A stretch of DNA of 64,000 nt from the human T2T-CHM13v2.0 reference genome, Homo sapiens. The notes beneath the pieces are model-generated. The model was not told the DNA's origin, searched no databases, and was given only the letters and a program-made list of their open reading frames with translations. The stretch is taken from NCBI RefSeq assembly GCF_009914755.1, contig NC_060938.1; one strand, 5' to 3'. A program made the translations under genes and the position numbers. Positions within the stretch are counted from its first letter, which is position 1. Each line of letters starts with the position of its first letter. Shown here in pieces: positions 38,541-64,000 of the stretch.

Positions 38541-38965
38541 CTCTAAAGCATATCCCATCTAGCTGATTTTATGACAAGTGAGAATTACACTGAAAGATAT
38601 CAAAACTTATTCATCTCACACAACATACTTAAAAGCTATAGATTTCACAGCTGATTAGAAGAAGTGCTTCAATTAACTTTACTTCAATTATTTCAACACT
38701 GTATACAAACCTCTCAGAATCTGTGAATGAAGTGTTAAAAAAATTATAAATAGGATATATGCTCACAAGAAATGTCACTAGTTCCAAAGGACACAGACTA
38801 AAAAGTAAAATATCTTCAATCCTCCATATTCATTCTGCAGTTATTTGTGTCTTAATATTTCTTAAACACAATAATCATATATATTTTTCTTTTAACTGAA
38901 CAAAATCATACTATATACATAGTTCTGCAGCTTGCCCTTATCACTTAATAATAAATACACTGGAA

Positions 38966-40646
<1,681 letters not shown>

Positions 40647-40996
40647 TAATTATCGATCAATTTATTTCATTTCTCTTCATCTTCACAGTCACCACCCTAG
40701 TCTAACCTACCATTATCTATCCTTTGAATTACTGTGATAATATTTTGCTAGGCTCCTTGTATCTAGCATGGGCTACTTCCAAACTACACTGCAGCCAAAG
40801 TCATTTTTTCAAAGTGCTTTTCTGGGTTGGAGTTGGCTGAGGATTGAAAAATTACCAGTTGAATACAATGTCCACTATTTGGGTGACAGGTACACTAAAA
40901 GCCCAGACTTCACCACTATGTGATACATGCGTGTAAGGAATCTGCACTTATACCTCCTAAATCTATAAATACATACATTTTTAAAATAAATAAGAT

Positions 40997-41845
<849 letters not shown>

Positions 41846-42140
41846 TTATATGTACTCTACCTTAATAAATAATGAAAAGAACACACGATTTAATGGCTTC
41901 CCACGTACAAAATCCTTAGTATGGATACAAAGCCCTGCCCTGCTTTCCTACAGGGTCATCTCAAACAACTTTCTGCATTACAGTTTTCCTTTACCATTCT
42001 TTCCTCTTGTCACCCAGTGCCTACATATACATGCTTTCCATAATTTTCTAATGCTCTATTCACCTTTTCATGTAATTCATTCCCACTCAATCTTCAAATA
42101 TCAGGTCAAGCTTTACTTTCGCAGAGAAGCCTTACTCTGA

Positions 42141-43178
<1,038 letters not shown>

Positions 43179-43343
43179 TGTCACAGTTTCTTTAACCAAT
43201 TCCAGAATGATGGGAATTTAAGTTGTTTCCAAATTTTTGATATTACAAATCTTAGGATGACCACTTATGCCAATATTATCTATAAACGTACTTAAATGCA
43301 ATTCTTAAATGTAAAATTGCTGGTCAAATGAAAAGTGCATTTA

Positions 43344-44814
<1,471 letters not shown>

Positions 44815-45567
44815 TTAACATTTTATATCAAACTACAATTTTTCCTTTAAGATATTAACATTTGGTATTTGGTCTAGTTCTATTTTTTTGCCCCCACATT
44901 TAATACATCTCACACTGTGATTACATAATATATTGCTTCTTTTTACTAAATAGTAAATAACATACATATTTCTTTCATTTCACTAAAATATGACCTGTCT
45001 CAGGCAATACAAAGAAAAGCACCTGTACATCACTGCCTTCTCAGGATCTTCACTATGTTCTTAACCTCTGTGAGTTTCCACTTTCTGATCTTACAAATGA
45101 AGGCATTAGTTTAAATGACCTCTGTACCATTAAGGAAAACTCCCTTTGATTTAACTCTTCTCATTTAAGGATTTCTAAAATAAACAAGACTTGTATTTAA
45201 GAGAGCTGACTTCCACTCCCTCAGCTTCACCAGTTAGTAAGCATATTCCACTGAAAATTTGAGTCCTGATAATTTAGGGTCTTTAGGTATTTCAGGATTA
45301 GTATTCTTATCAGAATATTTGTACTGACTCCACATTATATAGAGAAATTCATATTTAAATATAAAAAGAAAACTCCCTAATTAAAATCTATCTGTTTTCT
45401 TTCTCATTATTTTCCTTTCTTTCTCTTTTAATTCTATCATTGAAGCAGAATGTGAAGGGATTTGTTTTTTGGAAGACTCTCTTAATTGTCCTTATTAATG
45501 AGATTTCACATACACTAGATTGTCAGTTCTTTTCCACATACAGACTTATAGAAACATCAGCTCTTAC

Positions 45568-45693
45568 CTTAACCGGGAAGCTACATTTTCCGGTGCGAAC
45601 GCCTTCTTCATCTGTCTGCCACTGATGTGGACGACTGGCCTCTGGAACATAAACATCCTTCTTTCTCCTAAAACTTTGCCGTAATTTGTTCAT
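45568..45693 (-). CDS. NUMB: NUMB first coding exon, coding part (aa 1-42); whole exon 45568-45708 with 15 nt of 5'UTR
   Basis: Reverse complement: ctctgtcttcag|GCTGTAAAAATTAAAATGAACAAATTACGG...CCGGTTAAG|gtaagag; ATG at 45693-45691; 126 coding nt, phase 0. Confidence 0.97.
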
Positions 45694-46302
45694 TTTAATT
45701 TTTACAGCCTGAAGACAGAGGAAAAAAAATATTTAAAAGAAATATTACCTTCTTACATATTTAAACTTTGGATTACCATACTAACCAAAAATCTGATGTC
45801 CAAAATTAAAGGTTTTGGGTTTTATTTAAGCAATATATAATTATCATGTAAGCACAGTGTAAAGGGAAAATGAATAGAACATTTCCTCTTAGAGTAACAC
45901 TAAGTTCAAACAAACAAATCATTTTACTTTTTGAAAAGACAACTACAATACTAGTCCTTGTAAGAACAATAACTTCTAGTAGGATTTAAAGACATATTAT
46001 CCTAAGAAATTTCAAGAACTTTAGTTATAACAAAGCAATGAGAAATTCTGCCTACCCATCTACCTCTCAAATTCATTCCAACCCCTGAAAATGGAAATTT
46101 GTACATGTAGACCAAATTATAGACTGCTAACAGTTTCTAAAAACTTTTATAGTTATTAAGAAAAAAATCATTCTGAAACACTAAAATTTAGGAATCTTTT
46201 TGGCTCATTATTAGAAAACACTAAGCAAAGCAGGGATTACAATCATGTTCTTATAAAAGATGTCATGAAGAATAAAATAAAGTTTTCTTTAAACACACTT
46301 AA

Positions 46303-47879
<1,577 letters not shown>

Positions 47880-48760
47880 TTATGATTCCTTTCTTCTTCA
47901 TTTCTTCGTCTTAGCAAAGACAACTACTCACCTACCTACTTGGCCAAGCCAGACACCTGAAAATCATCCCTGCACTCAGCCTTTCTCTGGCCTGATTTTA
48001 CCCGGACTGATTTTACCTCCTTAGTAGCTCTTGAATTCATCCCTCTCCCCAACTATTCCAGTCCTACTATCCTGAGACATTTTTCTTTAAATTATTGCTT
48101 TAAACAATTTAGAGACATATTGGGATGGAGCTCCATAGAGGCAAAGAGACCAAAATACTCAAGTATAAGTGATACTCAAGTATTTTAGTCTCTTTACCTT
48201 TAACAGAGCTCCATCCCAATATGTTCTAAAACACAAATCTGACCATGTATCCACTCTGTTGAAAACCCTTCAATTGCTTCACACCACCTTCAAGACAAAG
48301 TTCAAATGCATGGTAAACACAGTCCTTCTTCCTCTGGCTTCTCTCACCAGTCCCCATTCACATGCTAACCTCCAGCTACCCTAAACTACTTACAGTTCTC
48401 CAAACAAAGCATGCCCTCTTTCAGAGCCTCTGTATATGTTCCTCCCTCTGCCTAGAAAGAAATATCGTTACCTGTGCATGTCTGGTTAAAGTCTACTCAT
48501 CTTTAAAGAGTCAGCTCAGGAGTTAACCTCTTCAGGAAAGCTAGACTTTTTTTTTTTTTTTTGACAAGCCCCTACCTGGCTTGGTTAGGTCCTTCCACTT
48601 CATATAATTCGGATTAATACCTTCTTCTTACTTCTATTATTGTATGCATCAACCTTATAGTAATTTCCTATTTCCTTAATGGTTGACTGTATCTTATTTG
48701 TTTAAATATACCCTTGCATCATAACACACTGCCTGTCATATATAGCATACTATAAATTTG
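47880..48760 (+). mobile_element. L2 fragments (also about 49820-50760)
   Basis: caagccagacacctgaaaatcatcc, aaacacaaatctgaccatgt, tttaaagagtcagctcagg. Confidence 0.6.
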
Positions 48761-50170
48761 AAGAATTGAAAGATAAAACAGACGCCCACCACAGTAGAGG
48801 CTATGTCACTAGGTAGGAAAAGTCTCAACATACAAGACCAAAGAACCATCGATGCTGGAAGAGACTGACAGTGTAATAGTCCAACCTCCCACTGACAAAG
48901 GAACCACTGACAACTTCCATTAAAAGAGGACATCCAACCTCTGTCTAAATAGATCTAGTACAAGTTTATTTGCTCTTTGGGCAGCTATTTATTGTTGTAC
49001 CATTCTGTTGCCCAGTAAGAGAAAAGACTGAAAGTGTCAGCCAGTTTAGGGTCTAAGTATCTTGTCACTTTCTTTTTTAAAAAATGAATTTGGAAAAACG
49101 AAAACACATAATTATGATATCTTGCTTACTATTTCTTAATGAATAATTATCACTAGCCTGTAATTCTACCTACTCAGGAAGCTGAGGCACGAGAATCACT
49201 TGAACCCAGGAGGCAGAGGCTGCAGTGAGCTGAGATTGTGCCACTGCACTCCAGCCTGGGCAGCAGAGAATCTGCCTCAAAACAGTAATAATAATAACAA
49301 TAAAGCATGTTAAGACTTTAGAGATAAAAATACATATAGCCATCACCCCAAACTCCACAATACACATATATACAGACTGACTTCATTAGAATAGTATTAC
49401 TTTAAGAATTAAACCTTTATTTATAAAACAAAATAATTTTGCTTTGATATAGCAAGGATTGATTTAGCAAGGAACATCTTGATGAAAAAGGGCAGAATTG
49501 CTGAGGATGCTAGCCTACTTTTTACACTAGCTTTCCTCCTGCATCTGTCAAGTGTGGGATGAGAAAAAGGTGTTGGAATCTGGAGAGAGAGATTAGAATA
49601 AAAATATATTTGATTCCAAGAATGGGGAGGTGGTGGAGGCAATGGGGTAGGAGAGAGAAAAAATGCCACTGAAAAAATTACAGAAATAAGAAATAAGCTG
49701 TTAAAAACAGCTCTGCTTCCCTTTACTGACAAATAACTTGGCAAAATATTTACACATTATCTCTTCAATTCTTTAGTCCTCTCTTGTCTTGCTCCTCTCT
49801 TTTTCCCTCACCCCCGACTCTCCCCTTATCCAAGCCATCAACAAAAGACTTCTAAAATATATCTCAAAACTATCCACTGCACTTAATCTCCACCACCCAT
49901 AGTCCAAGATAACTTTGCCTCTTACCTGGACTAGCATAAGCCACTAGTATTTATTTCTATGTCCTCTGTTGTCCCTCTCTCATCAACTATGTACAGATTA
50001 GCCACCGTAATCTTTAAAAATGTAAAATGGATCATGGCATTGCTTAATAGTTCCATGGCTTTCCAATGTATCTTCAAATAAAATCCAAACTCTCACTATT
50101 CAGTGAGTCAGTATGGCATAATAATTCACACTGCTCAAGAAGTGGTGCTTACAATAGTATCAGAACATCA

Positions 50171-51126
<956 letters not shown>

Positions 51127-51393
51127 TATAGTTTCTAATTACTTTGTTTCATTGCTTCAGCTCTTCCTTGATCATCAGATGCTTCAGCATCCATTCAATA
51201 AGTTATCTAACTTGCTAAAGGTAGAAAGCATTGGCTTCTGTCCTTTCTATCCAAAATAATCTTAACTAATGTAAATGTTAAGTATTCTCCTCCTTTGACC
51301 AAGAAGCTAATTGTTCACTAATATAAATATGTCAAAGCCTGTGCTATGATTATACATAGATTCTTCCTTTGATTTTTTTGATGTTTCAGAATT

Positions 51394-51623
51394 TCTTTTT
51401 TTTTTTAACTTTTATTTTCAGTTTGGGGGTACATGTGAAGGTTACATAGGTAAACACGTGTCATGGGGGTTTGTTGCACATATTATTTCAACACCCAGGT
51501 ATTAAGCCCAGTACCCAGTAATTATCTTTTCTGCTCCTCTCCCTCCTCCCACCCTCCCCACTCAAGTAGACCCCTGTGTCTGTTGTTTCCTTGTGTTCAT
51601 AAGTTCTTATCATTTAGCTCCCA
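51394..51623 (-). mobile_element. L1PA (old) 3' end
   Basis: ttttttaacttttatttt...ggggtacatgtg...cacccaggtattaagccc...atcatttagctccca. Confidence 0.85.
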
Positions 51624-51911
51624 TCAATTGTTAATTAAATAATATTCTGTATCCAACAAAGTATTGTGCTAGGTACTAGAAGAGCCAGGATGGAAATTTT
51701 TTTATTTTAAAATAACTTTATCAAGACCTCAAGGTCTTGAATGATATAAGAACACAATGAAAGAGACAGAAAAGGGGCATTTCAAACAGGGAATGAGGTA
51801 GGATGAAAAGTCATGCTATGTATGTAAATATATGTATTTCCTCAAAACGAATATACTACTGATGATAAGATGTACCACTATTTTATGTTCCACTGAAAAA
51901 GAAAAAATGGA

Positions 51912-55577
<3,666 letters not shown>

Positions 55578-56384
55578 AGCTACAGAGCTCTGGGGTTCAT
55601 ACAAGGCAGGTCCCATTCTTTAAATAGCTTTTGAATTTTTGTATAATTTTGCTCAAATTATCTCCCATTCATGGATATTTATGCAACAGATATAAACTTA
55701 CTATTAGTAAATAATCATAGATACCTTACTTTAATGAAATTGTAGTAATAGTTAATCAGCACTTTAGGATTCTGACAGCTACAATAAACAAGTATGAGAA
55801 AAGAATACATGATCAGTTCATGGCTGAGTTCTAGTTGAATGTGCTGTGGTCCCACTGGTTCAAAGGTCATTCAGTGTGCACATTCACCATAGTGAAAGTT
55901 CTAATAAGCACTCCTGCAAGTGATAAAACGCTGCCAACATTTTATGTAATACATGAGGTTTTGGTTCTTGGTAATTTTCTGTCAAGGCTGCCAAAACACC
56001 ATCTCCTTAAAAGCTACCTGAAAATATGGACATTTATTCTAAATACAAATTGCATTCTGAAGGGGAAGGCAGACAAAACACATTCATAATGCAATGACCA
56101 TGTTAGGCTCAATGGGTACTTCTAGTGGTCCTATGTATGGCCCTTATATATGTAAGGCTCTTGTACATGTGAGATCTACAAGCAGTTGCCCAATTTGCTT
56201 TACAATAGACCTGAATTTGAAAGAATGAATGATATTCCTTAGATCTAACTTATTCAAGTTTAATTTTGGTTTATGTAAGTTTTGTCATACCCTACATTGC
56301 TGCCTAAACGTTGCTTTATCCATATTTCCTAATACAGAATTAGATATTATGATAATTTTCTTTACTGGTTGCTAGGAGATGATA

Positions 56385-56650
56385 ATACTAATCACTGCCA
56401 TTCACTGAATGCTTACTGTGTGCCAGGCATTGTTGTAAATGCTTTGTATGTATTAAATCATTCAATCTTTACAATAACCCTGTCAGGTGGATAATATTAC
56501 CATCACAATTTTACAGATAGGAAAACTGATGTATGGAAAAGTTAAGTAACTTTCCCAATGTCACACAACAAGTAAATGAAGAGGCTAAAGGATTCATACC
56601 CAAGTAGTCTGTCTCCAGAGACTAGACCCTTAAATACCATTTATACTGCT
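56385..56650 (-). mobile_element. MIR SINE, near full length
   Basis: cactgaatgcttactgtgtgccaggc...ttttacagataggaaaactga...aagttaagtaactttcccaatgtcacac is reverse-complement MIR. Confidence 0.85.
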
Positions 56651-56799
56651 TTTCACAATATTGAAAAGATATGTGAAATTATTATAAAGGACAAAAACAC
56701 TCAGCATTAAAAATATTATCAGTAATTGTTAAACAACAGTTAAGCAATATTAATACTAACACAACTTATCACAGGTTGATACTTCACAGCTATTTCAGA

Positions 56800-56965
56800 T
56801 TCATGGTTATGATTAAGAGTTTTGAAGTTGGACAGACCTGGCTCTGAATCTTGGCTGTGCCCTTTACAAGTTGTGTGATTTTGGACAAGTTTCGTAACTT
56901 CACCAAGCCTCAGTTTCCTCATCTGTAAAATGAGAATAATAAACATCTCACAAAATTGTTGTAAC
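56800..56965 (+). mobile_element. MIR SINE hosting the 5'UTR exon
   Basis: gacagacctggctctgaatc...gcctcagtttcctcatctgtaaaatgagaataat is the MIR core. Confidence 0.85.
56838..56922 (-). other. NUMB: NUMB 5'UTR exon (85 nt) exonised from an antisense MIR
   Basis: attctcattttacag|ATGAGGAAACTGAGG...CAGAGCCAG|gtctgt; lies in a MIR core; agrees with my recollection of the NUMB mRNA 5'UTR (not verified). Confidence 0.8.
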
Positions 56966-57220
56966 ATAATTATTGCTGCATTGCGCTGAAATAGTAACTC
57001 CAAACAAAACACACACAAAATAAAGAGGTCCCAATTTTCCCCATAAAACAAGACTTTATTATAATGATATACTGAAGATGATCACTCCAAGTTACTCCAG
57101 TAACTGTAAGATCCACACACTAATGTAGAACCACAATTTTCTCTAATACGTGACAAATAATTCCCCTATATAAAACTCAAATATCTACAGGTAAATTATT
57201 CAATCTTTGAAATAAAATAC

Positions 57221-57324
<104 letters not shown>

Positions 57325-57451
57325 AATAGGATATTGTTATTTATTGAGAGCAACTCCCACAAATCCCATTCTACACATATCCCTAGTAAGACCAGTAATT
57401 AGCATTCAAGGGGCCCAAAACAGGAAGAGCTGTGTCAAGAAGGATCAATTT

Positions 57452-59289
<1,838 letters not shown>

Positions 59290-60005
59290 TAGAACATTTT
59301 CAAAAAGAAATTTGACAATAATAGCCATATCTTCAATTGCCATTTACCTTCAAACACTGTACTTAGAATTTTTCACTAAGAAATTTGGCAAATTAAAAAA
59401 GACTTAAAATAAGACTATTCACTCATTCACTTATTAATACTTCATAAAGTGAAAAAGTATAACTGGACACAAAAATTAACTCTAAGAATTAAGGCAGTAA
59501 GACACAAAGGGATGTGAAATGAGTTACATACAGCTGACTAACAAAAGGAAGCCTAATTTTTTGTCCACATCTCTTCCCACCTCCAAAAGAGGAACTTAAC
59601 AAATGCATTTTATGAGAAACACACTTAAAAGTGTCCTTAGTAACAGATTTACATATGATACAAAAATCCTTTTAAAAATAGTTTATTAAGGTATGACATA
59701 TGTAGAAAGAAGCATACAAAGTGTAGAGCTCAATTACTTTTCACAAAGAAACACATATAATTAGAATCCAGATCAAAAACAGAACATTAGTAGCATCCTA
59801 GAAGCTCCTCTATGTTCCTGCTTCCAGTCACTTCCTGTTCCCCTACCAAAGATACCACTATCTTAATTAACTTCTAATATCATGATGTGTTTTGCTTATA
59901 TTGAATTTTATTAAAAAGAATCATACAATATTATCCTTTTGTTGTTTGGTTTCTTTCACTCAATATTGTCTATGAAATTCATCCATACTCTTGTGCTTGC
60001 AGTTT

Positions 60006-60161
60006 GCTATGATTTGAATGTTTGTCTCTTCCAAAAACTCATGTTGAAATCTAATTGTTATTGTAATGGTAGTGGGGGGGGTGGGACCATTAAGAGATAA
60101 TTAGACCATGAGGGCTCTGCCCACATGAGTAGGATTAATGGATTAACACCAATATAAAAGG
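60006..60161 (+). mobile_element. MST-type MaLR LTR, 5' fragment
   Basis: tgctatgatttgaatgtttgtc...aaaactcatgttgaaat...catgagggctctgccc. Confidence 0.75.
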
Positions 60162-60348
60162 GTACAACTGTCTAGAACAAAGGCCATCTAATTTTTACAA
60201 AGTGCCCCTTCCTAAGAAAACTTACTAAATAAGAAATGTTTAGGAAATCTTTGAACTACCTATTTTAAAAATATTTAAAGCAAATAAATACAGAACATGA
60301 GGTGCTTGAGGTTACTATGCAATGACAGAACAACAAACAAAAAAGTCA

Positions 60349-62470
<2,122 letters not shown>

Positions 62471-63659
62471 AGATATGAATAGATATTAAAAACCACAACT
62501 TCCAATTCAAATCCAACATCACAGGGTTTATTTCAGCCTTTTCTCTTTTCCATATATAAAACTCCTTTCTCCAACAATGAAAAAACTTGACTCCCATTAT
62601 CCTCAATACACTTACTCATTTGTTCAGTCCTAGAACTGACAAAAAACAGTTTCAAAATTGCTAATTCATACCACTACAAAAGAAAAGCCTAGAAACTAGG
62701 ATTCACTATTGTTCATATTTCAATATTCATTTCATTATATTCATTGTATTATATATCTTCAATATGTTATATTCATTTCATTATATTTCATTATTCATCA
62801 CTGTTTATATATTCATTACTGTTTATGTTTCTGTTCACCTTGAGTTTAAGAGTATACCATTTCACTTATCTTTAAGTGGAGGTGAAATACAGTTAGGTTC
62901 ATCTGATTCTGTTTATACTTTTAGGGTTTTATCCCTATCCTTATTGATTTTTTGTTTTTCATAAAACATTAGCATGACATTCTCAACTGATGTCATAAAA
63001 ATTGTAACCAGGATTCTCTCTCTCACTGACGTTGGAATAGAGCTTTACAATTTAGGAAGTATATTTCCCATAAAAAATGAACCTTTCCATAGCCACTGCA
63101 AGCATCTACCAACACCCCACCCAGGCCCAGCTGTTTCCTAGGAATCACTGTCTTTGGGTAATACAGAAAGAAGGGATAAAATGAAATGGGTGAACCCTAT
63201 TTCAGCAACCTCATAGATCATTACTTGTAAGGTAGCTTCAAACTGTGCTCCCTGTAGTGATGCCACAAGGTGCAAGGGCAGGACCCAGTAGGTAGAATTA
63301 TAAGTCCCTGCCCTGTCTTCAGTTAAAGCTGCTATGCTTTTACTAGTATAATATATTGGGCTTTAGCCTCAGATTTTGTTCATTCAACTCACAAATATTT
63401 ATTGAGTGTCTATGCTTGCCAGGCACTGTTCTTGGTGCTTAGGATACTTCAGTGAACAAATCCATCATGGGACTTACATTCTAGTTGTGTGGGAGACAAA
63501 CAATAAACATAAGTAAATTATATAGCTAGTTATAAAACCTTAAAGCTGTAGAAAAATTTTGAACAAGGTAAAGGAGTTTAGAAATAGGGTCAGGAAGAAG
63601 AAACATAATTTGCAGTATCAGAATGTTTGAGTTAGGCCTCACTGAGAAAGGAAAGCTTC

Positions 63660-64000
<341 letters not shown>

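Noticed and set aside
55724-56017. Possible extra 5'UTR exon (attttcag acceptor; AAG|gtatct or AAA|gtaagg donors) in a repeat-free island
   Set aside because: Splice-like signals only, no transcript evidence available; could not separate from chance
56740-57051. 103-aa unspliced ORF on -
   Set aside because: Only the part inside the 85-nt MIR exon is plausibly in mRNA; the rest is intronic read-through

Overview
Primate (very probably human) genomic DNA: an AT-rich, very Alu-dense intronic stretch of the NUMB gene, transcribed on the - strand. Four exons can be read directly: an 85-nt MIR-derived 5'UTR exon (56838-56922), the first coding exon (45568-45708, [12 protein letters not shown]...FPVK), a 75-nt PTB-domain exon (11648-11722, YLGHVEV...RLKA) and the 33-nt alternative PTB-insert exon (4903-4935, ERKFFKGFFGK). 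Everything else is intron filled with Alu, L1, L2, MIR, LTR and DNA-transposon remnants; most long ORFs in the track are Alu or L1 translations. No prokaryotic-type or wholly new system is supported. Most interesting observations: (i) the MIR exon opens with ATG and, spliced to the first coding exon, makes a 32-aa uORF whose TAA ends 1 nt before the NUMB start codon, with an inverted MIR nearby that could pair with its 3' splice site; (ii) a tailless 5'-half tRNA-Gly(TCC) retrocopy with TSDs; (iii) an internally inverted (twin-primed-like) Alu; (iv) an orphan polyadenylated retrocopy inside an L2. Repeat subfamily names come from recalled consensus sequences and boundaries are approximate unless stated.
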